Shown: piece by piece, positions 37,468-50,859 of the stretch
Position numbering within the stretch: the stretch's first letter is position 1
Layout of the letters: the number at the start of each line of letters is the position of its first letter
Source: Okamejei kenojei
Lineage: Eukaryota
Assembly: GCA_035221665.1 (NCBI GenBank)
Contig: CM069139.1
Coordinates: 71,362,001 to 71,426,000 of the forward strand
Length of the DNA: 64,000 nt
Direction of reading: 5' to 3'
The notes under the pieces: model-generated
Database searches by the model: none
Told to the model about the DNA's origin: nothing
The model's input: only the letters and a program-made list of their open reading frames with translations
Program-made: the position numbers and the translations under genes

Positions 37468-39749
37468 CTTTGAAGTTAAGGGATGAAATGTTAGCAGTCA
37501 TACAACTTTGAAGTAAAATGTGGCAAAAAAAAAGGGGAATAAATTAAGTTTGGCCGGCTCTTTTTAAAATAAAGATGGAAGAAAGATTGTTTTTTCTAAG
37601 TATTACAAAATATAAGTATCAGTCAGTATTGCATTTGCACATAAAAAAAGCTCAACACCTCATGCCCTGTAATATTCTAGGATATCCATGCCACTTCTAG
37701 AACAAAGTAAAGGCTTATCAAGGTCACAAAAGTCCCTCACATGAGAAACCTCTTGTTTTAACATAGTCTGGCCTTTATAACTCATGAGCTATCAATGTGG
37801 TTGTTTGTAGAATGCCCTTTGAAATGATCTAGGTGAGTTCAGATCTGATGTCCTCCAGAATTCACACAATTGAAACTCTGCACAAATTTGGTCAGGTTTT
37901 GTGCATTTTATTTTCTTGCCCTTTTAAATGAGGCCAAATTGTTCAGTGGTCTCTTCACCGAGGCAAAGCGTGATAGGAGTGTATGAGTAAATCGTGGGAC
38001 TAAGATCTCCACCCCTGCACTTCCCAATAGAAATCTAAGAGCAATGGCAGGGAAGGACTTGTGGCACAGATATCTATGGGGAGATTCAAATGTTGATCAA
38101 AAGATCGTTTAATCCATCTAAGGTCGTCCATGCTCACAAGCTGTGGATCAGTGTCACCATTTTCAACTGTCATTAGGTTATATTTTAAAGTCTCACGCAA
38201 GAGTCTGCATAAAATAAATGGTGACATTGGTACAGAAAGGGAACACCAGAGATAGCAAGTACAACAGGAAAATAGTCCTAAAATAGTTTAAATAAAACTG
38301 GTGACTAAGGTTGGAGGTTTACTTGTTGGTGAATGTTATCGTTATCCTAATTGGTGCAAATTAGCGAAAATGCAGGAAATATATACAAATTATTTAATAA
38401 ATAACACAAACTGGATGACATTGTGCTTTATAAGGAGGATGTAAAGAGGCTTTAAAATGATTTAAACTAATTCAACAAAATATAATGTGCATACATATGA
38501 TGTTTGCTATTTTTGTAGCAAAAACAGAAATGCAGAGCATTAGTTACAAGGTGGCTGGGAGCATTTATCAAATGTTGATGAACATTGGGAGCTGATGCCC
38601 TAGTTCAGAAGTCACTAAGAGCAAGCAAACATACACATGCAGCAAGCAATTAGAAATGCAAATAGTATGCAACAGTAAAGGAGCAAGAGTAAAGGAGCAA
38701 GGATAGCTTACTACAATTATAAAGGGACGTGGTAAGGACCACTCCAGGAATACTGTTGAGGAGATAGACTTTCCAATAGATAACAGCCAAATCCAAAAGA
38801 AAATTGATGTTACAGCGAGTTAAAGGGGAGGGAATGGGAAATGCAGGTGGATAACATAAGGCGATCTGGAAAGCAATGTTGGGAAATTTAACAGCTTGGG
38901 GAACAAGTAGGTTTTGAAGATTTTAACAGAAGTGTTATGGAGAGCAAATGGAAAGTGGAATTGAGACCACGGTCAGACCATTCATGATCGTATTTAGAAT
39001 GGAACAGGTTAGAGGGTTGTTCTTGCTCCTATTTCTTACTTTCTTATGGTACCCGTGACACTGGTATAAGAATGGGGGGGGGCGCACGAGGATTTAAGGA
39101 AGCTTGGAAATAGCATGATGCAAAGGTTATAACCTCTGGATTACATTCAGTTGTACGCACCAACAAGCAATGAAATAGGTACATGCAGATGAATGCATGG
39201 ATAGACACAGAATGCAGGAGGGGAGTGAACAAAATGGGAAGGTTGCACCACCATATGGTAAAAAAAGAGGAAAGGGGTGAATCCAGCTTAGCAGAGAATG
39301 AAAAGCTGCGCACAACTTCAGAAATGAGGGAAGCAAACTTGGAATCAGAGACCAAGGCATCAGTAAGCGAGATGGTTACGACGGACTGAGCGGAGGTGTT
39401 CAGCGAAACGATCGCCGAGCCTGCGCTTGGTCTCGCCATACCAGCATCTGTAGTTCTTTGAATGAAGAAATTATGTTTTACATGAATCACTAAGATCAAG
39501 AGCCATTGAGCATAATTTAACTGTGTACAGAGATAGATACCACAAACATGGTTCATGATGAATACAAAGGTGGAAATGATGCAGATATTATTAAGGAAGC
39601 ACAATATGAAATATTGGATGGAATAAATAGTGAGGGAGAAAATAATAACGGGTTTAACATTGTTGAAAGTAGATAAATCCCAATGCCTGAATGAAATATA
39701 TCTCAGACTGTTAAACTAAGCAAGGTAGTTTATAACATAGGGTCTGATC

Positions 39750-39985
39750 ATAGAAACATAGAAAAAAGGTGCAGGAGTAGGCTATTCGGCCCTTCGAGCC
39801 TGCACCGCCATTCAATATGATCATGGCTGATCATCCGACTCAGTATCCTGTACCTGCCCTCTCTCCATACCCCCTGATCCGTTTAGCCACAAGGGCCACA
39901 TCTAACTCCCTCTTAAATATAGCCAATGAACTGGCCTCAACTACCTTCTGTGGCAGAGAATTCCACAGATTCACCACCCTGTGAA
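39750..39985 (-). mobile_element. CR1 LINE 3' tail
   Basis: catagaaa tail plus aggtgcaggagtagg...cggcccttcgagcc family sequence. Confidence 0.85.
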
Positions 39986-40761
39986 AAATGTTTTTTTGTT
40001 TTTGTTTTTTTTTAATTCATTGTATTCAAATTTCTGACTACAGGTATGGTGCTGGAAGGCTGCTATCATTGAACAAATATTTAAAGAGTAGTAAAGAGAT
40101 AGATAAGGTCATTATAAAAACTGTCTTCCTTACTTCAGTGGTGAGCGGATTGTTGGAAAAATTCTGTGGAACGGAACTAATCATCATTTAGAAAGGCATG
40201 GGCTAGTCGTGGATAGTGGAGATTCGTTAAGAAAAGGTCACCTCTAACTATCTTGAATCAGTTTTTTTTTTGAGAGAGTAACAAATTGGACCGATAAGAT
40301 TGCAAGGTTGAAAAATCTTCATAGATTTTTTGTAAGGCTTTGACAAGGTCTTGGATGGTTGAATAATCTATTAGGCTTTTATTTCTGAACAAGTCAAAAA
40401 TGGCTAGATCTAAAACTGGCTTAATGGCAAGAATCAAACAATAATGTCCGATGGGTGCTTTAGTGAATGGAGGCCGTATCTTGGAGGGTTAATGTGTCCA
40501 TTACTTGTTTGTACAGATTCAGCTTAACTTATCGCCATGCACACCAGGGTGCAATTAATTTCTTTGTTCACATGAAGCTTAGAGCGAACAATAAACATAC
40601 AGTTATGATGAATATAATAATAAATACAAGTGCAAAACAGAATGGTGCAGGATTGGAGTGCAAAAATCGAGCAGTGCAGAAGTATATTAAAGCACAATAA
40701 CTAATTGAGGTACAGAGTAAGAGAACGTGGTAGCAGCCCAGGGATGAAGGCATAAAATAGG

Positions 40762-41110
40762 TACCGTATTTCCCGGCAATGAAGACGCTATTTTTTACCC
40801 TAAAATAAGGCCCGAAAAATTACCTGCGACTTGGAGGCCAAAGGCTAGGCTGTTCGTAGGTTTATAGCAAGTGTGTCAAACTAATTTTACCTCATTTTAT
40901 GGGCAAAATGCGACTTCATGGCATCGGGGAAAATCATCCCGTGGGTCGGATCGGACTCCTTCGCGGATCGGATGCGGCCCGCGAGTTTGACACCCCGGCC
41001 TATAGGAAGCGTTTCCCCACGGCAAATTGAAATGGCCGCCACCACGGCGAATGTCTGTTATTTACTTTTCAAAATTAACGACTCAAAATGGGGGTGCGTC
41101 TTCATTCTGG
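40762..41110. mobile_element. Non-autonomous TcMar (Tc2-like) relic containing a nested hAT/Charlie-like MITE at ~40868-40997
   Basis: ta-ccgtatttcccggc..gaagacgc start with inverted gcgtcttc near the end; inner gtgtcaaact/agtttgacac TIRs with an 8-bp near-TSD gtttatag/gcctatag. Confidence 0.55.
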
Positions 41111-41134
41111 CTATTCATAAGTCTGGACGTCCGG

Positions 41135-41400
41135 GCTTTCAAGCTCCTATATCTTCTCCCAGAAGGTAGAAAAGGGAATGATCATGGTGATAGGCAACTT
41201 TGGCAATATTTCCCGCCTTTCTTTGATGCAACACACCCATGAAGATAGATTGTATGTAGGAAGTGACGAGCGTGTGATGGATTGGGCTGTGTTCACCACT
41301 TGCTTCAGGTTCAGGCGGTCAAGAGCAGAGCAGTTGTCATGCCAGGCTGAGATATCTACTGTCCAAATACCCTCCATGACACATCTGTAGAGGTTTGAGA
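41135..41400 (-). mobile_element. Rex1/Babar-type LINE fragment
   Basis: NLYRCVMEGIWTVDISAWHDNCSALDRLNLKQVVNTAQSIT. Confidence 0.75.
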
Positions 41401-41869
41401 GAATCCTTGTGGGGCAGGGGTTATGCTGGTGATACTTTGGAGAAAGGGTTAACATGAAGATGGACACAAAATGCTGGACAAGCAGCATCTCTGGAGAGAA
41501 GGAATGGGTGACGTTTCGGCCAATTCCCTGGATGTTTTCAAGAGGGTTAGATTTAGCTCTTAGGGCTAAAGGAATAAATGGATATGGGGAAAAAGCAGGA
41601 ACGGGTTACTGATTCTCAGCCCTAGATAACACCACAAACAGCTTACAATGCTTGTTCCCTTTATCATCAATACTTTTTTGCATATCTTTCATTCATTGTT
41701 CCTTATCTTCCACATCACCGTCTATAGAGTCTGAAGTCTCGACTCGCCTATCTCCTTCGCTCCTTAGATGCTGCTGCTGAAAAGATTTTTAGATAATCAG
41801 CCATGATCCTGGTTTGAAGGGCCGAAAGGCCTACCCCTGCACCTATTTTTCTGTTTTCTATGTTTCTAT

Positions 41870-42366
41870 CATAATGTAGAAGACATGATTAATAAGTTTG
41901 CAGGTGGCACTAAAGTCAGTGGTATTTTAGATTGCAAAGATGGTTATCAAAAATGACAGCATAATCTTCATCATTTGGGAAAGGTGGGCGGAAGAATGGC
42001 TAATGGAGTTTAATGCAGATTAGTGCAAGGTGTTGCATTTTGGAAAGTCAAACCAGGTCAGGACCGTCACAGTGAATGGCAGGGCCCTTGGAGCATCGTA
42101 GAGAAGAGAAATCTAGTAGTGCAAGTACACAGTTCACCGAAAGTGGTGTCACAGGAGATAGGGTGTGGTGGGTATAAGGAACGAGCTGCCAGAAGAGATA
42201 GTTGGGACAGATACGATCACAACATTTAAAAGATATTTGGACTGGTATATGGACAGGAGAGGTTTAGAGGGATATGAGCGAAACGTGGGACGAGTGGAGA
42301 TGGGGCATTTTGATCGACATCGATGAGTTGGGCCAAAGGGCCCGTTTCTATGCTGTATGGCTCTGT
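41870..42366 (+). mobile_element. CR1 LINE fragment with internal deletions
   Basis: KFAGGTKV (from KFADDTK), WAEEWLMEFNA remnants and a CR1 tail. Confidence 0.82.
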
Positions 42367-42593
42367 GGAATATTTTGTGGGGAAGACAGCATACGCAAGA
42401 GAATACCTTGCAGATAGAAGCGCAGGGATTGGCAGATTTTGAGAGCGTAATTTAAAAAATCCCTAATGTAGCACAACAAATGGATAACAGTTAAGAAAGA
42501 TACTTAAGATATTAAACATACTTTTTGCCAAACTGGGCTTGGGGGGGTGGGGGAAGACTTTAAAGCATGTGAACACTAACATGGCCATAGTTA

Positions 42594-42934
42594 TGGGTCT
42601 GTCCCACTTACACGACTTTTACGGCGACTGTTGGCACCCGTCATAGGTCGTTGCAGGTTGCCGAAAATTTTCAACGTCGAAAATCCAGCGGCAACTAGAA
42701 AGAGACGCTATGACTCTTTGGGCGACCAAGGAGACTACTCACGACCATACAGGCACCACCCTGGCGACATGTCACCGGGTGAAGCCTGAATGATCATGAG
42801 TAGTCGCCCAAAGAGTCGTACCTTGCTCTGGGCGCTGCTGGATTTTCAACATGTTGAAAACTTTCGGTGACCTGCAACGACCTATGACAGGTGCTGGCAG
42901 TTGCCAAAAAAGTAGCGTAAGTGGGACAGGCCCA
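42594..42934. mobile_element. PIF/Harbinger-type MITE, almost fully palindromic
   Basis: TIRs TGGGTCTGTCCCACTTA / TAAGTGGGACAGGCCCA; TTA TSD on both sides. Confidence 0.85.
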
Positions 42935-44969
42935 TTAGAGTACTGTGTACTGTGTGCTCATTCAGATCGCTACACAATAGGTCACAAACACACTGGTGTT
43001 GTACATCAGATTTACGAGCCAAGACTAGAGAATTGTAATTATGAGTACAAAACCGAGAGACCTGTTTGGAAAAGTCCTAGGGGAGATTTACTTGACTCGT
43101 ATAAAATTATGCCGAGTTAACAGGAACAACCAATTTTCCTTAGCTAGGGGACTTAAATGTAAAGTTATTGGCAGATGGACCCAAAGGAAAACAAGAAGAA
43201 TCATGGAAGTTATTTGTAGAGGAAAATGTCAGCCCACTTTTTTTCCAGCTTTTGCCCTGCCTACTACAATCAGTCTGAAGAAGGGTCCCGACCAGAAAGG
43301 TCTTCTATCCATCCCCCAGACATGCCACCTGACCCACTGAAACACTTTGTTATTTTCAATAACATTCCTTGTAACTTCATCTGCCCTCTTTGCTTAGTTT
43401 GAGATGATATTTTACACAGTACAGTGGGTTACATGAATCTTTACAAGTTCCTCCATAATCCAAGTCTGAACTTGATTCTCTTTGATAAGATGACACTCTC
43501 CTCTGACTGCAGTAAACCCACATACTAATCAACTCATGAATAGCATAGTCGTTCTGTGCTCATAAAACATTCTTGCAAAGTCAGCAGGTGTGGGAGATAA
43601 TAAATAACTGAGACCTATGGATTGCGATTTATTACCAACATCAAGCAACCTGGGTCAATTAAAAGACAAAAAGGTGCAAGAAAGTCACGAGATTACCCTC
43701 AAGCAAGTTCTAAATCAAGTCAAGAAAGTTTAAAATCTATGCAGATGAAAGTAAAATGTTATGTTCCATTTTATTTGTCATACAGAATTTGTCATTTCAG
43801 CATAACCAGTGAAGTTGCTACTGAATATAATATATGCACTTACAAGAGGGATCTAAACACAATTTTAGGTAATACAAATAAAAGCTCTCTTTAAAAAGAA
43901 TGAAAGCACTAAAATTTCCTGTTGCATATTGGAACATTTCATTCCCGCTAGCATTTAGAGGATTGATTTTCTTATAATAGGTTTACTGCATTGTGTTGGC
44001 TCAGAAACTCTGCAGTAGCAATCCTCCATGGTCAATGGAAAAGATGGACTAATTAGTTGTCTGTTTTGAGAAAATCCTATGATGATATTGACTACTGAAA
44101 AGCATTACTGTGGGGGAGGTGGGGAGTGGAATGCTAACTTCTAGAGAAAAATCCATGCCAAATGAACATGGGTGCACACAACTTTAATATGTAACTTGTA
44201 AGCATGGGTTCATTAAGCAAGCAATGCACTTTGATACTCACTGTTTGTGGAAAGGCTTCATGCCACCTCCATGTGATCAGCTAGTCATATAAGCAAGTTT
44301 AAGGCTTTGATGGTAGGGTGCATAGGAAAAGGAATCAGCCATTTCTTTCTCAGATCCATTCAGTCATTCACTTTGCCAATGCTTGCATCTTGTCTCAAAT
44401 TTATTTATCCTTTAAATTGTTACTTAATAAAAACTATTAACTTTAGCTTAGCATTTTTTTGGAAGCAAACAAAGCAAGGTGAATTAATGCTTCCTGACAT
44501 AACTCCAAGACAGTTCGCTCTAATTTTAAGTATAAAAACACTCATGATCTGGGCTCGCCATCAAACAATTTGTTTCAAATTATCCGATCAAATCCTTAAT
44601 CAACTTGACGAGCTTCTTTATTTTTAGGAAGTTAATCTTAGTTAATGCAACTCATCCACTTCAGTCAGGACTGATATAGTACTAAAGGACAACATTTTTT
44701 CCTTCTGGGTAGTTGAGAAGGACTTCTGGGCACATAACTTCTGGTAGCTTTCTATTTATTAGATTTCCAGCACCATAACTTCTTTAAAGATCTGGACCTC
44801 ACATAATTGTCCTTCTTGGATACTCTTATATTTTATAGGCGTGTCACTAGCAACATTTTTGGATGAAATTGTATCAGAGGGATGGTCATCAAAAATCGAC
44901 AGGTTAACAATTAGCGATGCCTCAGAATCTCACTATCTTCTAAGGGAACAATTCATTAGAGAGAACTTA

Positions 44970-45183
44970 TGCGCCTGTCCCATTTTCACAACCTAATTCA
45001 CAACCTTTTTTACTTGTGGACATTTTACAGGCTAGAAAAAACGGCGCAACCTATTTGATGCCACAAGTATCTACGACTAGCATCACGACCTGCTACAACC
45101 TTGTGACGACCATGCTGCGAGTATGAGTCAAGGACAAACTCGGCAGAGGTTGTGAATTAGGTCGTGAAAGTGGGACAGGCCCT
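44970..45183. mobile_element. PIF/Harbinger-type MITE with related TIRs and a different interior
   Basis: gcctgtcccattttcac / gtgaaagtgggacaggc; TTA TSD. Confidence 0.8.
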
Positions 45184-47019
45184 TTACAAGGTCACCCTGA
45201 AAACCATGAGTTATCCTTCTCTCAAAGGACTTGGAGTATTCATTTTGACAGTGCAAACAAATCTCCCAACAGAAATATAGAAGGGAAACTATGTCCAACT
45301 TGGAGTTCCAAAGGTTAATTAACCCTGTATAGGTAAAAGTAAAAGTCACAGAAAACTGATTTGCATGTGAGAGAGAATATATTGGAGGGTATATGGAAAT
45401 TGGAGGGACAGATGACATTCATAGGATTGGTCTCCCAGCAGCAAGCATAGACTGGTGGGCTTAAGATATGGATGTATAAGATTAGAGCACATTTAAAACT
45501 GCAACAAAATGCAATTGTTCCTTCAAATGCCCAGCTGACAGGATAAAGAGGATCAGGAGGCTGGTTGGTCAGCATTACAAAAAAACGTCATGTCTCAATG
45601 ATTTGATTGAGCTTTTAAATAGATGATCTAGAAGTCTGAGGTCAGAGCGGTAAATATCGATATGGACTTTGACAAGGTACCACATGGGAGGCTGGTCTGC
45701 AAGGCGATGTCACATGTGATCCAGAGCAAAGTGGCCAATTAGATACAAAAATTAGAATGAAAGTTGGAAGCAGAGAGTATTTTCCACTCAGAGTGTGATA
45801 TGCACATCGAACAAGTAGCCAGAGGAAGTGGAAGAGTACAATTCTAACATTTTAAAAATAGTTACATAAGTTTGGAAGGATGTGGGTCAAACACAGGGAA
45901 ATAGGATGAATTTGGTTCGGCAACTTGGCCAGCATAGGCGAGTTGTGCCAAATATCAATCTTCCATGCTGAATAGTTCTAATGATTCCAGGTGTCCTTAG
46001 CCCTACTTTCTGAAGTGGCTATTACTTAGGACAAGAACACTGGGAGTACAACCAACATACTGTCATTGTGCTGAACACTGGCTTATTTGGCTCAGACATT
46101 TCTATATCTGCCCAGTAAAAAGTTGAATTACTTCTGTCTGTGCATGCCAGAACCTTGCAGAAAAGTGTTGGAGTAACTCAGTGGGTCTGGCAGCATCTCA
46201 GGAGAGCATGTGTAGGCAACGTTTCGGGTCAGATCCTTCTTCAGGATCTGATTGTAGTCGGGGGAGAGGGGGTATGAGGGAGAAGCTAGAAGAAATGTGG
46301 GGCTGGGACAGTCTGGCAAATAATAGATGAATGCAGGTGAAGGGTGTTTTGATCGGCAGATGGTTGGACAAAGACCAGAGTGAAAAGGCAATAAGTGTGA
46401 GATAAGGAGACAAGGATAGAGGGCGGTGAGCCCAAAACACAATGCCTGGGGTAGTGGTGGAGGCACATATACGAAAGTGATGGTTAAGAGGCTTTTGGAT
46501 AGGTACATGGAAGCGCAGGGAATTATGCATTTGGATCATGTGCAGGCAGATGATCAGTACAAACATTGTGGGCCAAAGGGCCAGTTCGTGTGCTGTACTA
46601 TTCTATGGTCTATATGGATAAAGTGAATGCAGTAGGTGGAATGGATATGGATTAAGGCGGCATTCAAATAGGCTATCTTACAATAAAACAATGCTGATCA
46701 ACAGCTATGAAACGTGATCCCTGAAGTATGCCAGACTAGGTTGCAGATCACTTCACACCATGAGATAGAGAACATTAATATACCATTTCAATTTTTTTCC
46801 TGAAGAAAATCAGGTGGCAAGACACAAGAAATGGTCCAAATGCAATAACAAGGGGAAGCACAGGATACTCTTGGTTGGAAATTGGGACGTCAGACTTTAT
46901 CAATCAAGGTTAAACACTGAATTCTGTACTTTGCATCAGACGTGGCAAACCTGACAGCGTTTGCTGCTGGATTCACCAATAAGCTCAGAGCCAAAGCACC
47001 GACTCAACATACACCCAAC

Positions 47020-47390
47020 AACAGAGGGGACCTCATTGAAACTTACAGAATAATGAAAAGCATAGATAGAGTGGATGTGGAAAGGATGTTTCCACTGGTG
47101 GGAGAGTCTAGGACCAGAGGTAATAGCCGCAGAATTAAAGGATGTTCTTTTAGAAAGGAGGAACTTCTGTAGTCAGAGGGTCTGTGGAACTCATTGCCAC
47201 AAAGGGCTATGGAGTCCAAGTCAGTGGATATTTTTAAGGCCGAATTAGACAAATTCTTGATTGGAACAGGTGTCAAGGGTTATGGGGAGAAGGCAGGAAA
47301 ATGGGATTAGGAGGTAGAAATCAGCCATGATTGAATGGCAGAGTACTCTATGGGTCGAATGGCCTAATTCTACTCCAATAACCTGTGAAC
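47020..47390 (+). mobile_element. CR1 LINE 3' fragment
   Basis: RGDLIETYRIMKSIDRVDVERMFPLVGESRTRG. Confidence 0.88.
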
Positions 47391-47784
47391 CCCATGGCAG
47401 GATGTTCAACTCTTTCGCTTTTTAAGGCATTTCCACACGTTTTAGCATGATTTAAAATTTAATTAAAGTTTAATTTTTCAAACATTATAATTATTTATAG
47501 AATGCAAGGGCACGGAAACAGGCCATTGGTGTTTGAAGAAGGGTCCTGACCCAAAACGTCACCTATCCATTTTCTCCAGAGATGTTGCCTGACCCACTGA
47601 GTTACTCCAATATTTTGTGTCTCCCTGTGACAGAAATAGGCGCTTGGGCCCACTACGTCCATGTCAACCATCAGGCACCCAATCATCCCATCTACTAACA
47701 TTTGGTCTGGAGCTGAATCAATGTAGAGGAGTGTTGAGGTGTGGCATGTACAGTGGGTCAAAGGACCAGTTTGCTTTATGCTTT

Positions 47785-48062
47785 AGTTTAGAGATACAGT
47801 GTGGAAATGGCCCACCGATCACCAACCACCCCATACACGAACAGTATCCTACATACTACGGACAATTTATATTTTAACCAAAGCCAATTAACCTACAAAC
47901 CTGTACGTCTTCAGAGTGTGGGAGGAAACTGAAGCACCCGGAAAAATACGACAGGGTCACAGGGAGAATGCACAAACTCCGTCAGACAGCTCCCATATTC
48001 ACGAACGAACCAGAGTCTCTGGTGTTATAAGACTGCAGCTCTACCGCTACGCCACTGTGCCA
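47785..48062 (-). mobile_element. V-SINE (HE1-like)
   Basis: Reverse-orientation relative of 6008-6308; head ggcacagtggcgtagcggtagagctgc. Confidence 0.82.
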
Positions 48063-49295
48063 GCCTTATTCTCTAATTTAATAATTTGGAAAAATGATAC
48101 TTTAAAAACATATTACAACACAAATCATTCTTAAAGTAACTTAAAATACTTGCCCGAGGCCTTTGTTTTTAACTTATTTAAATTAATCCAATGCCAAATG
48201 GAATTAATTAAAAACTAAAAAAGCTTTGATAAATGCCTCTCAGGCACAGAGAATTAGCTTAACTAGTGCTCTGCATGTTCAAAATGAGTGGGTGGTCAAG
48301 ATCCATTGCAGAATGATCTAGCCAAATGCACATGTATCTGCTGCAGGGACTCTCAGCATACATATTCATGTTTCATCCCAATCAAAGAAATACTCAGCGG
48401 AAAAAAAAATCTAAAATCAGAGCTCTCTCTCAATTATATTCTTCTGGAGGTATAGTTAAAAGTTAATTGATGAGGAGTGATCAGAACTGAAATTTCATTG
48501 TATTTTATAAAATTACCAATCAGTCAGGAAAGGAATACCAGAGCCCTTATCGCATTTACATTCTTTCAGCCGAATAATTTATATAGACAAATGTTTGGAT
48601 CTGCTTTAAATTGATGATCACACTCTCCCGTTCAGCAGAAACGAGCTTTTGTTAATCTGTCAATTAAAATCTTTCACAAGTATAATTTCAGTAAATTTCC
48701 ATTTAATTTTCTGATGAAATGCAAAGTATACTGAATTTCTCACGGTGAGAGTTAGCATTCTTGTTGAATTTAATTTTAAGGAGGAGAAATAATGACAATT
48801 TTGTTTTCACAGAACCATTGGCCTTTAATCTTGTGAAAATCACTCCATGAATGTTTGAATTGATCTGATCTGGAGTATGGTATGATTTGTGGAGCTCTCG
48901 GGGATTACTCTCCATTTTGGCTCGATCTGGATTAGAGAAGGATACAGTCGCTCCCAGCTCACCGTTTCAATCGCTTTTTAACCGATCTCAAGGGTAAAGT
49001 GCATTTATTGATGATTTAACAGAGCAGACAATGTTCCCCAACGATAGTTCATTGCACAAATTGCCCATCATCACTAAGTTACCAAGGTCACAATTGAAGG
49101 ATGATTATTTGGCAGAAATGCCAGTCTTATCCATTGAACCATACATGAAAAACTCGTGTGTCTTCAAAGCAGAAAGAAAATGCTTTAGTTCCAGCAGCTG
49201 CCTCTTGTAAAATTATCCAATATAATATAGACTGCAGGCATCATTATTCCAAGATCACCCCAGAGTAATTTGTGTGGGGCCAAATACATTGCATA

Positions 49296-50859
49296 CAGTG
49301 CCCTCCATAATGTTTGGGACAAAGACCCATCATTTATTTATTTGCCTTTGTACTCCACAATTTGAGATTTCTAATATAAAAAAAATCACGTGTAGTTAAA
49401 GTGCACATTGTCAGATTTTAATAAAAGCCATGTTCATACATTTTGGTTTCACCATGTAGAATTTGCAACAGAGTTTATACATACCCCCCCCCCCCCCCCC
49501 CCCCCATCAGGGCACCATAATGTTTGGGGCACAGCAATGTCATGTAAATGAAAGTAGTCATGTTTAGTATTTTGTTGCATATCATGTGCATGCAATGACT
49601 GCTTGAAGTCTGCGATTCATGGACATCACCAGTTGCTGGGTGTCTTCTCAGGTGATGCTCTGCCAGGCCTGCATTGCAGCCATCTTTAGCTTATGCTTGT
49701 TTTGGGGGCTAGTCCCCTTCAGTTTTCTCTTCAGCATAAAAAAGGCATGCTCAATTAAGTTCAGATCGGGTGATTGACTTGGCCACTCAATAGCAGTATG
49801 TTTGGGATCATTGTCTTGCTGTAGAATGAACCGCCGGCCAATGAGTTTTAAGGCATTTGTTTGAACTTGAGCAGATAGGATGTGTCTATACATTTCAGAA
49901 TTCATTATGCTACTACCATCAGCAGTTGTATCATCAATGAAGATAAGTCAGCAAGTACCTTCAGCAGCCATACATGCCCAGGCCATAACACAGATGAGGT
50001 GGTATGCTTTGGATCTTGAGCAGTTCCTTCTCTCCTCCATACTTTGCTCTTGCCATCATCTCATCTGTCCACAAGACCTTTTTCCAGAACTGTGGTTGCT
50101 CTTTTAAGTACTTCTTGGCAAACTGTAACCTGGCCATCCTATTTTTTCGGCTAACCAGTGTAGCCTCTGTATTTCTGTTCATTAAGTCTTCTACGGACAG
50201 TGTTTTTGTCTGAAGAGTGTTTTTGATCTGTCGGACAGGTGTTTGCGGATTTTTCTTTGTTATAGAGAGAATTCTTCTGTCATCAGCTGTGGAGGTCTTC
50301 CTTGGCCTGACAGTCCCTTTGTGATTAGTAAGCTCACCAGTGCTCTATTTCTTCTTAATGATGTTCCAAACAGTTAATTTTGGTAAGCCTAAGGTTTGGC
50401 TGATGTATCTAACAGTTTTATTCTAGTTTCTCAGTCTCATAATGGCTTTTATGTCTTTCATTGGCACAACTTTGGTCCTCATGTTGATAAACAGTGATAA
50501 ACGTTTCCAAAGGTGATGGAAAGACTGGAGGAAAGACTAGGTGCTGAGAACTCTCTTATACCTGCTTTAAGGAGGCATTTAAACACACCTGAGCAATTAC
50601 GAACACCCTTGAAGTCATGTGTCCCAAAAATTATGGTGCCCTTAAAATGGGGGGGGGCGGGGGGGACCATGTATAAATACAGCTGTAATTTTGACATGAT
50701 GAAACCAAAATGTATAAAAATTGCTTTTTTTTTAAATCTGACAATGTGTACTTTAACCACATGTGATTTTTTTTTTAATATTACAAATCTCAAATTGTGG
50801 AGTACAGAGGCAAATAAATAAATGATGGGTCTTTGCCCCAAACATTATCATGGGCACTG
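49296..50859 (-). mobile_element. Tc1-family DNA transposon with both TIRs, decayed transposase (~50482 to ~49564)
   Basis: TA|CAGTGCCC...GGGCACTG|TA; ~230-bp TIRs with an internal direct repeat ccataatgtttggg; transposase motifs WKKVLWTDE, QQDNDPKHT, WPSQSPDLNLIEH with frameshifts and stops. Confidence 0.95.
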
